From Dehalococcoidia bacterium (lineage in GTDB: Bacteria; Chloroflexota; Dehalococcoidia; Bin125): a stretch of DNA of 64,000 nucleotides. Positions within the stretch are counted from its first letter, which is position 1; each line of letters begins with the position of its first letter. A program made the position numbers and the translations under genes. The stretch lies in the NCBI GenBank assembly GCA_965200625.1, contig OZ241375.1, positions 2,344,078-2,408,077 on the forward strand, in the 5' to 3' direction. The notes below the pieces were generated by a model. The model saw only the letters and a program-made list of their open reading frames with translations. It had not been told where the DNA came from and made no database searches. Below, in pieces: positions 11,261 to 20,347 of the stretch.

Positions 11261-12415
11261 ATGAAATTCGGCATCTTCTACGAACACTCCGTGCAGCGTC
11301 CCTGGACGGAAATCTCCGAGTGGCGCGCCTACCATCAGGCGCTCGAACAGATCTGCCTGGCCGACGAGCTTGGCTTTGACCAGGTCTGGGAGGTAGAACA
11401 CCACTTCCTCGAGGAGTACAGCCACTCCTCCGCGCCCGAGGTGTTTCTCTCCGCCGCCGCGGCGATGACCGAGAACATCCACATCGGCCAGGGCATCGCT
11501 CTCTGCCTGCCCCAGGTCAACCATCCCGCCCGCGTCGCCGAACGCGCCGCCGCGCTCGACATCATCTCCAACGGCCGCCTCGAGTTCGGCACCGGCCGCG
11601 CCGCCACCTGGACCGAACTGGGCGGCTTCCAGGTCGAGCCGGACGACACCAAAGACATGTGGGACGAAGTGATCCGCGCGATCCCCAACATGTGGACCAA
11701 CGAAATCTCCGGCTGGGACGGCAAGTACTTCTCCATGCCCGAGCGCGCCGTCCTGCCCAAGCCCGTGCAGAAGCCGCACCCGCCCATGTGGGTCGCCGTC
11801 TCCAGCCCCGAAACTGCGATCCAGGCCGCCGAGCGCGGCATGGGCCTGCTCGGCGTCTCGATCGGCACGCCCACCCAGTACGAACAGCGCATCGCCGACT
11901 ACCGCCGCGTGATCCGCAACGCCGACCCGGTCGGCAAGTTCGTCAACAACCAGGTCAACGGCGTCGGCTGGATGTACTGCGGCGAGTCGGACGAGGAAGC
12001 GCTCGCCCTCGGCGGCGCCGGCGCGATGGCGTTCATGAGCGCCGCCGCCCACCTTGTCGGCGTCGGCAGCATCTACCCCTCGCCCGCCTACAGCTCCCAG
12101 GCCTCTGCGATCCAGCTCCGCGACCGCCCCGGCGACGTCATCAACCCGCTCCAGCAAGGCACCCCGATCGGCAACCCCGAGACCGTGATCGCCGCCCTCC
12201 GCCAGTGGGAAGCGATCGGCGTCGACCGCATGGTCTTCCTGATCAACTTCGACCAGGTCGTCCCGCACGAGAAGATCCTCGCCTCGCTCCGACGCTTCGC
12301 CGCCGAGGTCATGCCCGCCTTCGAGGAACCCGAGCAGGAGCCGCTCACCCGCCTCCCCGACTTCAAGGCCGTCGAGGAAGTCGGCCTCCTCGCCGCCGCC
12401 GGCGGCGGCGACTAG
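11261..12415 (+). CDS. LLM-class flavin-dependent oxidoreductase
   Basis: MKFGIF, VEHHFLEEYSHSSAPE, PKPVQKPHPPMW. Confidence 0.93.
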   Translation: MKFGIFYEHSVQRPWTEISEWRAYHQALEQICLADELGFDQVWEVEHHFLEEYSHSSAPEVFLSAAAAMTENIHIGQGIALCLPQVNHPARVAERAAALDIISNGRLEFGTGRAATWTELGGFQVEPDDTKDMWDEVIRAIPNMWTNEISGWDGKYFSMPERAVLPKPVQKPHPPMWVAVSSPETAIQAAERGMGLLGVSIGTPTQYEQRIADYRRVIRNADPVGKFVNNQVNGVGWMYCGESDEEALALGGAGAMAFMSAAAHLVGVGSIYPSPAYSSQASAIQLRDRPGDVINPLQQGTPIGNPETVIAALRQWEAIGVDRMVFLINFDQVVPHEKILASLRRFAAEVMPAFEEPEQEPLTRLPDFKAVEEVGLLAAAGGGD

Positions 12416-12441
12416 TCCGACTCGGCCCGTTCACAACCCAG

Positions 12442-12527
12442 CGCTCCCCCTCGCAGGGGGAGCGGTCGAGCTGCTCACATTCCAACGCTCCCCCTCGCAG
12501 GGGGAGCGGCCGAAGGCTGAGGGGGTT
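12442..12527. repeat. REP-like palindromes: two copies of CGCTCCCCCT-CGC-AGGGGGAGCG
   Basis: Copies at 12442-12464 and 12486-12508; second extends with gccgaaggctgagggggtt. Confidence 0.8.
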
Positions 12528-12612
12528 CCTCCCGCGATCCGCACCGTCGCCTGCAAGACGCTTGCCGTTTCGCTATCTTGCCTCACACTTCCCAGAGCGA
12601 GAGGAACGAGCC

Positions 12613-14601
12613 ATGGAACGCAGGAACTACTGGCAACGGATGCGGCGATCCCGAATGAGCCGCCGCGCGCTCCTGCGCGCCTCGGGCCGCGCCGGCGTCG
12701 GCGCGGCGGGCCTGGCGCTGGTCGGCTGCGGCGACGATGACGACGACGCGCAGCCGGCAGCGGCGCAGGCGCAGCCGCAACAGCAGGATCAGCCCCAGCC
12801 GCAGGCGCAGCAGCAAGCCCAGCCGCAGCAACAGCAGCAGGCCATGCAGCAGGACCAGGCCGAACAGCAGGCCCAACAGCAGACCCAGCAGGAAGCCACG
12901 CCCCAGGAACAGGCCGAGCAGCAACAGCAGCAAGAGGTGCAGGTCGTCGGCAACCGCACATACGGCGGCAACCTCTCCATCTACACGCCACCGAATTGGG
13001 ATGGGTTTGACCCACATCGAGTCAACCTTGCCCATCCCTTCCAGATCTTCAACGATTCAATGGGCCGGCTGGTGGAAATCTATGACAACAGCGGCCCGGA
13101 ATATCGGGGCGACCTGATGTCGCTGCCAGAAATCCCCGATGAGGAAACTTACATCTTCCGTGCTGATCAGGGTGCGCGGTTTTGGGATCGCTACCCCACA
13201 GAGGGCGGACGGCTGTTTACGGCTGAAGACGCAGCCGCGAACATTCAGCGCCAGATCGACGCCGTTGACGCCGACGGAGTGCCCGACTCCAGATTCGCGC
13301 GCGCTGCTCAATATCAGCAGACGGCGTCGATTGATGTTCCTGACCAAGAAACCCTTGTCCTGAAGACCGACGGCCCCAACGCTACATATCTCGAGACGGT
13401 CCACATGGGCTACTCGTTCATGACCTCGATCGAAGCGATGCAACTGTGGCACAGGGATTGGATGGACAACCAGACGGATGTCGAACTGGTCTCCGGTTGC
13501 GGCCCCTTTATCCCCACCGTGTTCGAGCCTGAAAGTAGGTTGCGGCTCGACCGCTACCCCGATCACTGGCGCAGCCTGGACGGGCAGCAAATGCCCTTCC
13601 TGGATGCCATCACCTGGGTGATCATTGAGGATCAAACGGCTGTCGAAACTGCTTACCGTAATGGAGAACTGGACTTCACCAGTCTCAACGTGCTGGCAAT
13701 CGAAGGCATTGCTGAGGACTTCCCTGACCACATTCGCTATGAGCGCGGTGTCGTGCTGCCGTTGGCAATGCGCTTCAACTACAACCAAGAATTGCCAGAC
13801 AATCCCTGGCTCGACCGCCGCGTACCCTACGCCTTCCATCTGGCAATGGATCGAACCAATATCATCGATTTCGTCTACCTGGGCGCGGGCAAGCCCTCCA
13901 CGATCCAGCACTTGAACTGGTACCACGGGTGGGCGATTGACCAGGAGACCACCGTCACCCTGCCAGGCTATCGAGCCGACAAAGAAGCTGACATCAAGAT
14001 CGCCCGCGACTTGCTCGACGCGGCTGGTGTTGAGGAGGGCAAGTCGTTTGACCTGGTTGTCGCCGACATCTTCGAGGGTCTCTACCAGGGCGCTTCCGAG
14101 CTGTACCAGAACATGTTCGAGAATGCTCTGAACGTGAGCATCAACATTTCGCTCGAGCCATACGATGCGATCTTTGGTCAGCTTGCGACCGGCAACTTCC
14201 CGGGTCACATGCCGATCTGGGTGGGGGCCGGCACGGGTGACCCCACGGGACAGTGGAACGCGCGGCTGGTCTTCGGCGCCTCCGAGAACTGGGAACACTA
14301 CAACCACCCACCGACCGAAGAGATCGTCAAGCAGATGCTGGTCACGCTCGATGCCGAGGCGCGCCGTGAAATGGCGCGCGAGGTGTCCTGGATTCTGCTC
14401 GGTGAGGATGATCGGTATGGCCTCGATGGATTCGCCGGCTTCTCGGTGATGGGCAACGGCATCGACACGTCGATCCACTGGCCATACCTGAACATGCCCT
14501 ACCGAGCTACGCACCAGGTCTGGGAACGCGAGGGTTGGCACTGGCGCAAGGAATACTGGATGGACACGACCCACCCCGACTTCCCGGCCGACCGCGCCTG
14601 A
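12613..14601 (+). CDS. ABC solute-binding protein, family 5 (peptide/nickel type); Tat lipoprotein with Gln-rich linker
   Basis: SRRALLR twin-arginine motif, LALVGC lipobox, Q-rich tether, FTAEDAAANIQR, SGCGPF; RBS GAGGA before ATG 12613. Track ORF is over-extended at the 5' end. Confidence 0.88.
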   Translation: MERRNYWQRMRRSRMSRRALLRASGRAGVGAAGLALVGCGDDDDDAQPAAAQAQPQQQDQPQPQAQQQAQPQQQQQAMQQDQAEQQAQQQTQQEATPQEQAEQQQQQEVQVVGNRTYGGNLSIYTPPNWDGFDPHRVNLAHPFQIFNDSMGRLVEIYDNSGPEYRGDLMSLPEIPDEETYIFRADQGARFWDRYPTEGGRLFTAEDAAANIQRQIDAVDADGVPDSRFARAAQYQQTASIDVPDQETLVLKTDGPNATYLETVHMGYSFMTSIEAMQLWHRDWMDNQTDVELVSGCGPFIPTVFEPESRLRLDRYPDHWRSLDGQQMPFLDAITWVIIEDQTAVETAYRNGELDFTSLNVLAIEGIAEDFPDHIRYERGVVLPLAMRFNYNQELPDNPWLDRRVPYAFHLAMDRTNIIDFVYLGAGKPSTIQHLNWYHGWAIDQETTVTLPGYRADKEADIKIARDLLDAAGVEEGKSFDLVVADIFEGLYQGASELYQNMFENALNVSINISLEPYDAIFGQLATGNFPGHMPIWVGAGTGDPTGQWNARLVFGASENWEHYNHPPTEEIVKQMLVTLDAEARREMAREVSWILLGEDDRYGLDGFAGFSVMGNGIDTSIHWPYLNMPYRATHQVWEREGWHWRKEYWMDTTHPDFPADRA

Positions 14602-14782
14602 CCGTTTGCCGCGCTCCTCAATCGCGTGGGCTGTGTTCTGTGTAAACGTAAACTGCGCGATTGAGGGCGGCGGCCCGTTGAGCGCTCGCGCGGCGGTTGA
14701 CGGCGTCGGCGTCTGTATCCTGTGACCGTCACGTGTTCTGCGCTCGTGCAGAATTTCACATCCCAACCGAGAGGCTCGCCAG

Positions 14783-15373
14783 ATGGCTGACCCAGTGTCC
14801 GAGGCCCACCAGCAGATCGCCGTCCGCTACCCCCGCTCCGCTTCCCTGCGCGACGGACACCGCATCTCCCTGCGCCTGATGGCCCCCGGCGACGAGGACC
14901 TGATCCTCGATTTCGCCCGCTCCCTGCCCTCGGCCGACCTGCTCTTCCTGCGCCGCGACATCACCCAACGCCCGTCGGTCGATGAGTGGATGCGGGAAGT
15001 CGTTGACCAGCGCACCTTCACCGTGCTCGGCTTCGACGACGATGAACTGCTCGGCGAGGGCGACCTGCACTACTCCTCCGCCGACTGGACCCGTCACCTC
15101 GGCGAAATCCGCCTGCTCCTCTCGCCGGCCGCCCGCGGGCGCGGCCTGGGGCGCGTGCTGGCGGAGGAAATCTACACCATCGCCCAGCTGCTCGAGCTGC
15201 AGCTGCTCACCGCCCGCATGGTCCTCGACCAGGCCGCCGCCCAGTCCGTCTTCCGCCGCCTCGGCTTCCAGCGTGAGGCCGTCCTCTGGGACTACGTCAT
15301 CGACGCCGACGGCAAAACCCACGACCTCCTGATCGCCACCCGCCGAATGAAAGCCCCCCGCTCCGGCTCCTAA
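14783..15373 (+). CDS. GNAT family N-acetyltransferase
   Basis: ARGRGLGRVL acetyl-CoA motif, FRRLGFQREAVL. Confidence 0.9.
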   Translation: MADPVSEAHQQIAVRYPRSASLRDGHRISLRLMAPGDEDLILDFARSLPSADLLFLRRDITQRPSVDEWMREVVDQRTFTVLGFDDDELLGEGDLHYSSADWTRHLGEIRLLLSPAARGRGLGRVLAEEIYTIAQLLELQLLTARMVLDQAAAQSVFRRLGFQREAVLWDYVIDADGKTHDLLIATRRMKAPRSGS

Positions 15374-15377
15374 CAAA

Positions 15378-15518
15378 CCTCCCCCTCTGGGGGAGGTGTC
15401 ACGGAGTCACAGAGGGGGGCCGCGCGAGGCGCCGCACGTCGGGGACCCCCCTCAGCCGCTGCGCGGCAGCTCCCCGGAGGGGGAGCTCTAGTCCAGACCT
15501 CCCCTTGCGAGCGGAGCG
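15378..15518. repeat. Inverted pair of REP-like double-hairpin elements plus a degenerate copy, between convergent genes
   Basis: cctccccctctgggggagg...agagggggg at 15378-15419 and ccccctcagccgctgcgcggcagctccccggagggggagct at 15447-15487. Confidence 0.75.
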
Positions 15519-16721
15519 CTAATCCATCAACCCGTGCAGGCGGTTGAAATCAAGGTGTCGATCGGGATTCAGCTCGCGCCCCGCCAGGCCGGCGTAGTCC
15601 GCCGCGTAGCGCCAGGCGCGGAAGACCCAGTTGCAGATGTCACCGCGTTGTTTCACTTGAAACGGTGAGACCCACTCCCAGACCACCGTGCCCTTCGAGT
15701 CGATCTCGAACAGCCGCCCCGCCGCGCCCTCCGTGACCAGGTGGTTGCCGTTCCCCAACTCACAGACGCCCGAGATGTGGGCCGAGAAAAACTGCTCGCG
15801 CGGCTCGCCCTGATAGATGACGTCGAACGCGTCGGTCTGCGGATCAATCGCCAGAATCCGCGAGTAGCACAAATCCTGTAAGCGATGCATCCCGTTGTCG
15901 TAGACTAGCACGCGGCCGTCCGCCCGCCAGGTCGCGTGGTGCTGGTGGGAAATCTCCGGCTGCCCGAAGCGCCAGCGCAGCGTGCCCGGACCGTCCGCGT
16001 CCGCCGCCGGCGGATCGACGATCCCGATCGTGCTCGTATTGCGCGACGAGAACAGCAGCCCGCCGTCGGGAATCTGCTCGATGCTGTTGACGTGCGTCCA
16101 TTCCCAGCGGTTCTCCAACGGGCAGATCGGCGCGTCCTCCGGCGCCAGCACCCGCCACAGGTGGAGGCGGCTCACTTCGTTGCCGGCCGCGTCCAGCTCG
16201 ATGATGTCGTCGCCCATCATGTTCGGCGGCATCGGCTGACCGGGCTGATGCCCGCCGCCGATCACCGTCTCCTCAACATTCTTCGTCGTCGGCACCCACT
16301 CCAGCAAGACCGTGTGCCCGCTCTCGAGGCGATGGAAGTCGTGGTGGACGCCCGGATTGTCGTACGCCCAGACGACGTTGCCATCCCAGTCGAGTTCCCA
16401 GAGACCGTTGCCGCGTCCGCCCAGGAAGTTGAAAATCTCGGGCGGCCCGCCCGGATCGAGCGAGAAGCGGGTGACTTGCTCATCCGTGCGCGGCGGCGGC
16501 GGCGTGTCCGGCGCGACCATCGCCAGCAGGTTGCCGTTGGCCAGCAACTCGACATTGAACAGCCGCCGCGTGGCGAAGTGCCAGCGGTGGACGACGCGCC
16601 CCTGCAGATCGAGCAGCACCGCGTCGCGCCCGCCGGTGCCGCACATCAACGTGTAGCCCTTCGCCGACCGTGACGGGTCATGGTGCGTCAAGCCGGTCGG
16701 ACGGTGAATCGGCCAGCCCAT
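15519..16721 (-). CDS. Arylsulfotransferase (ASST) family beta-propeller, no signal peptide
   Basis: HHDF, WTHVNSI, HQHHA, YDNG motifs; GGAGAGG RBS before ATG 16721. Confidence 0.85.
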   Translation of the reverse strand: MGWPIHRPTGLTHHDPSRSAKGYTLMCGTGGRDAVLLDLQGRVVHRWHFATRRLFNVELLANGNLLAMVAPDTPPPPRTDEQVTRFSLDPGGPPEIFNFLGGRGNGLWELDWDGNVVWAYDNPGVHHDFHRLESGHTVLLEWVPTTKNVEETVIGGGHQPGQPMPPNMMGDDIIELDAAGNEVSRLHLWRVLAPEDAPICPLENRWEWTHVNSIEQIPDGGLLFSSRNTSTIGIVDPPAADADGPGTLRWRFGQPEISHQHHATWRADGRVLVYDNGMHRLQDLCYSRILAIDPQTDAFDVIYQGEPREQFFSAHISGVCELGNGNHLVTEGAAGRLFEIDSKGTVVWEWVSPFQVKQRGDICNWVFRAWRYAADYAGLAGRELNPDRHLDFNRLHGLMD

Positions 16722-16743
16722 GTTCAGCCTCTCCGTTGGCCGC

Positions 16744-17853
16744 TCAGCGCGAGGTGTCAATCAGCGGGATGACGTCGCGCGCGATCCGTTCCGCCTCTTC
16801 CAGATGCGGATAGGCCGAGAGGATGAACTCGTCGAAGCCCATTCGCCAGTAGGCGCTCAGTTCGTCTGCCGCCTGCTGCGGCGTGCCGACGATCGCCGTG
16901 CCCAGATTCACCCGCACCCGCGAGATGCCGTTCCAGAGGCGCTCGCCCAGCCGGTCGTCCTCGACCCGCCGCGCCTGCGCCGCCGCGCCGACCATCGCCG
17001 TCGCCTGCACCGCCGCGGCCCGCTGCGCCAAGACCTGCGGATGCGCTTCGGAAAGCAGTTCCGCCGCCGCGTCCCAGGCCTCCTGCTCCGACTCGCGCAC
17101 GACCAGGTGCGTGCGCAGGCCGAAGCGCGGTTGGCGGCCGGCGAGCGCGAACGCCTGGCGCGCGCGAGCCAGCAGCGCCGCCATCGCCTCCGTTGGCTGA
17201 ATCCAGCAGAGCAGCACGTCCGCCCGCGCAGCGGCGAGCTCCAGCGCCGCGTCGGACGCGCCGCCCAGATACCACTGCGGCGCGCTCGGCGCCGGCGTCG
17301 GCGAGACCAGCGCCCCGCTCAGCCGCACCGAGCGGCCCTCGTAGTCGAGCGGCCCGCCTGTCTCCCAGAGCTGGGCGCAGGCGTCGATGAACTCGTCCGC
17401 CTGCGCGTAGCGGTCGGCGTGCGAGCCGTGGATGCCCAGCCGCTCGTTGTCGCCCTGAATCCCGCCGGGCACGATGTTGATGTCGGCCCGTCCGCCAGAA
17501 ATCTCATGCAGCGTCGCCGCCTGCTGCGCGAACAGCCCGACCGGCGTCACGCCTGGCCGCACGGCGATCAGCAGGCGGATGCTCGCGCTCACCGCCATCA
17601 GGGCGGCGGCGGTCGTCCAGGTCTCGGCCAGAGGCGCCGAGTGCTCGAACGAGCCGTTGGCGAAGCGCGTCGGAATGAGCAGCGAGTGGTAGCCCAGCCG
17701 CTCCGCGTTGAGCACCACCTCGCGCAGATAGGCAAACGACGGCGCGCGCTGCGCCCGCAGCGACCCAATCCGCGCGCCGTCGCCGTCAATCGGCACAAAC
17801 CAGCTGAACAGCGGAGCGGAGCACCGTTCCGGTGGAGCAAGAGAATCAGTCAT
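16744..17853 (-). CDS. LLM monooxygenase, alkanesulfonate monooxygenase SsuD-like
   Basis: WFVPIDGD, LLIAVRPG, YLGGAS, FILSAYPHLEEA. Confidence 0.85.
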   Translation of the reverse strand: MTDSLAPPERCSAPLFSWFVPIDGDGARIGSLRAQRAPSFAYLREVVLNAERLGYHSLLIPTRFANGSFEHSAPLAETWTTAAALMAVSASIRLLIAVRPGVTPVGLFAQQAATLHEISGGRADINIVPGGIQGDNERLGIHGSHADRYAQADEFIDACAQLWETGGPLDYEGRSVRLSGALVSPTPAPSAPQWYLGGASDAALELAAARADVLLCWIQPTEAMAALLARARQAFALAGRQPRFGLRTHLVVRESEQEAWDAAAELLSEAHPQVLAQRAAAVQATAMVGAAAQARRVEDDRLGERLWNGISRVRVNLGTAIVGTPQQAADELSAYWRMGFDEFILSAYPHLEEAERIARDVIPLIDTSR

Positions 17854-17970
17854 GCGCGAAGTCTACGCGCCCATGCCAAACGGTTCCTGGCGTCTGGGTA
17901 ACGCTCCCGGACTGGCTGGAGCACAACAGGAGGGGCGGCGCCGGATACTCGCGCCGCCCTGCGCCGCCCA

Positions 17971-19149
17971 CTACTTGAGCGTCAGGGCCTCGTAGAACTT
18001 GCCGGCGGCGGCGCGGAAGGGTTTCGCCGCCTCGACGCGCTCGTCCTTGCGCGTGCGGAGTTGCTTGATCGTTGGGACGACCTCATTCTCCCACTGCGCT
18101 GCGAGCATCGGGTCCGCATCCAGCACCCTGTCAAGGGCGGGTGTCAGTTTGTCAATCCGGCTCTTGATCGGGTTGCCGTACTCCATTTCGTGAATCGGGC
18201 GCTGGTTACTGCGCTTGCCGCGCCACAAAGCGAGGAGTTCGCTCAGGTCCTCGTCGCTCGCACCGGAGGGTGTTTCGCCCAGGAAGCGCTGGACCGCGGC
18301 GAGGAAGATGTCGAGCTGATCGTGGTGCACCCAGTGGCCGGCCTCGGCGACGCCGACTTTCTGGGCGTGGGGAAAGGAGTTGGTGCGCTCGTCCTCGTTT
18401 GGGTCGCCCTGCGATTCGAGGCCGGAGATTAGCAGCGTCGGCATCCGCACCCGCGACCAGATCTCCTCCGCGTCGGTCTCGTTGAAGGGATAGGGCGAGG
18501 AGGAACGGGCGTAGTTGTCGAACTTCCAGATGAATGTGCCGTCTTCGTTCTGATGCACCGCGTGGGTGGTCAGATGCAACGCCTGCTCGGCCGAGAGGCG
18601 CGGGTTCGCCTCCTGCATCCGCTCCACCGCGTCCTCCAGCGTCGGATAGCGCCGCGGCAGCCGGCCGGCGAAGCGGTGCGTGTCGGAAATCCACTCCGAC
18701 ATCCGCTGGTGCGCCGGCACCGCGGAATGGGAATCCGTCACCCGCCGCGACGGGCCGAGACCCTCAATCGCGATCAGCTTCGCCACGCGCTCCGGATAGA
18801 TGCCCGCGTACTCCAGACAGATGCGGCCGCCCAGCGAGTGCCCCAGCAGCGTCACCGGCGCGAGATGCTTCTGCCGCACCAGCTGCGCCAGGTCGTAGAC
18901 GTAGTCGATCATCGCGTAGCCGGAGCCGTTGACCCATTCCGAATCGCCGTGCCCGCGCAGGTCGGGCGCGATCACGTGGTAACGATCCTTCAGCGCCAGC
19001 GCCGCCCAGTCCCACGAGCGGCAATGGTCGCGTCCGCCGTGCACCAGAATCAGCGGTGGCGCAGTCGGATTGCCCCAGTCGACGTAGTGCAGCCGCAGCC
19101 GCTGGGAGAAAAAAATCTGTGAGGCCGGGTAGTCGGTGAGTTGCGTCAT
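17971..19149 (-). CDS. Alpha/beta hydrolase with an extra ~95-aa C-terminal region
   Basis: VHGG, DLRGHGDS, GHSLGG nucleophile elbow, AGHWVHHD. Confidence 0.9.
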   Translation of the reverse strand: MTQLTDYPASQIFFSQRLRLHYVDWGNPTAPPLILVHGGRDHCRSWDWAALALKDRYHVIAPDLRGHGDSEWVNGSGYAMIDYVYDLAQLVRQKHLAPVTLLGHSLGGRICLEYAGIYPERVAKLIAIEGLGPSRRVTDSHSAVPAHQRMSEWISDTHRFAGRLPRRYPTLEDAVERMQEANPRLSAEQALHLTTHAVHQNEDGTFIWKFDNYARSSSPYPFNETDAEEIWSRVRMPTLLISGLESQGDPNEDERTNSFPHAQKVGVAEAGHWVHHDQLDIFLAAVQRFLGETPSGASDEDLSELLALWRGKRSNQRPIHEMEYGNPIKSRIDKLTPALDRVLDADPMLAAQWENEVVPTIKQLRTRKDERVEAAKPFRAAAGKFYEALTLK

Positions 19150-20297
19150 GGCTGGATCGTACTCGCAGCGGCGGGCAGGAGCGCCAGGTTGTTGCGGTGC
19201 ACCACGGCGGAGCCGTAGTCGTAGCCCAGCTCGTGGACGATCTCGGACGACTTCTTGCCCCGAATCCGCGCCGTTTCCTCGGCTGAGTAGTTGCTGATCC
19301 CGACGGCGACGGGCGTGTCGTTGGGGTCGTAGAGCTGGATCACGTCGCCGCGCTCGAATTGTCCGCGCACCTTGACCACCCCGGCGGGCAGCAGGCTGCG
19401 GCCGCGTTGGGTCAAGGCGGTGACCGCGCCGGGGTCCAGGTCGAGTCCCGCGCCGTTGTGGAGGCCGGCCAGCAGCCAGCGCTGGCGGCTGTCGCGGACG
19501 GTCGTGTCGGCGGGCACGAGCGTGCCCAGCCGCTCGCCCTGCGCGATGCGGGTGATCACGTCCGGCTCGCGGCCCGAGGCGATCACGACCGCCGTGCCGC
19601 CCGCCGCGGCGCGCTGCGCCGCCTGCAGCTTGGCCCGCATCCCCCCGCGGCTGCGCTCGCCGACCGCGCCGGTCGCGGGCAGCATCGCCATCGGATCGCG
19701 CAGCACCGGGATCACTCGAGCGTCGGCGTGCGCGCGCGGATCCTTGTCGTAGACCCCGTCAACGTCGCTCAGCAGGATCAGCAGGTCCGCGTCGATCAGA
19801 TTCGCGATCAGCGCGGAGAGCGCGTCGTTCTCGCCGAACACGCCGCCGCGCAGCTCCTCATCCGCGACCACGTCGTTCTCATTGATGATCGGCACCACGC
19901 CGTACTGGAGCAGGCGCAGCAGCGTGTTGCGGACGTTGAGGTAGCCGCGCCGCTGGGCGACGTCTCCGCGCGTGATCAGCGCCTGCGCGGCGGTCAGGTC
20001 GTAGCGTTGGAGCAGGGAGTCGTAGCGCTGCACCAGCTGCGCCTGGCCGATCGCCGCCAGCGCCTGCCGCGCGCCGACCGACGCGCGGGAGCTGGTCACG
20101 CCGACGCGGGCGCGGCCGGCGGTCACCGCGCCCGAGGTCACGACCGCCACCTGCGCGCCGCCCAGCCGCAGGGCCGCGACCTGGCGGACGACCTCATCCA
20201 GCACCCCGGGATCGAGGCGGTCGCTGCCCGAGGTGAGCAGATTGGTGCCCAGCTTGCAGATGATGCGGCGCGGTGGGGTATTGGTCATCGTCGGCAT
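19146..20297 (-). CDS. proB: Glutamate 5-kinase with PUA domain
   Basis: KLGTNLLT, VTSGAV, PIINENDVV, FGENDALSA, GGMRAKL, SLLPAGV. Confidence 0.96.
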   Translation of the reverse strand: MPTMTNTPPRRIICKLGTNLLTSGSDRLDPGVLDEVVRQVAALRLGGAQVAVVTSGAVTAGRARVGVTSSRASVGARQALAAIGQAQLVQRYDSLLQRYDLTAAQALITRGDVAQRRGYLNVRNTLLRLLQYGVVPIINENDVVADEELRGGVFGENDALSALIANLIDADLLILLSDVDGVYDKDPRAHADARVIPVLRDPMAMLPATGAVGERSRGGMRAKLQAAQRAAAGGTAVVIASGREPDVITRIAQGERLGTLVPADTTVRDSRQRWLLAGLHNGAGLDLDPGAVTALTQRGRSLLPAGVVKVRGQFERGDVIQLYDPNDTPVAVGISNYSAEETARIRGKKSSEIVHELGYDYGSAVVHRNNLALLPAAASTIQP

Positions 20298-20347
20298 CGC
20301 AACCGCGCGCGCCGCCGGACTCGGCGCCGCAAGCGGATAATGGGGCT

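Noticed and set aside
11659-12612. 5' extension making a 980-aa ORF
   Set aside because: Overlaps the LLM gene in another frame and runs through REP elements; the likely start is ATG 12613 with RBS and Tat signal
13057-14766. 569-aa antisense ORF, and similar long shadow ORFs such as 22179-25061 and 39151-41304
   Set aside because: Antisense to well-supported genes, expected in high-GC DNA, no recognisable motifs
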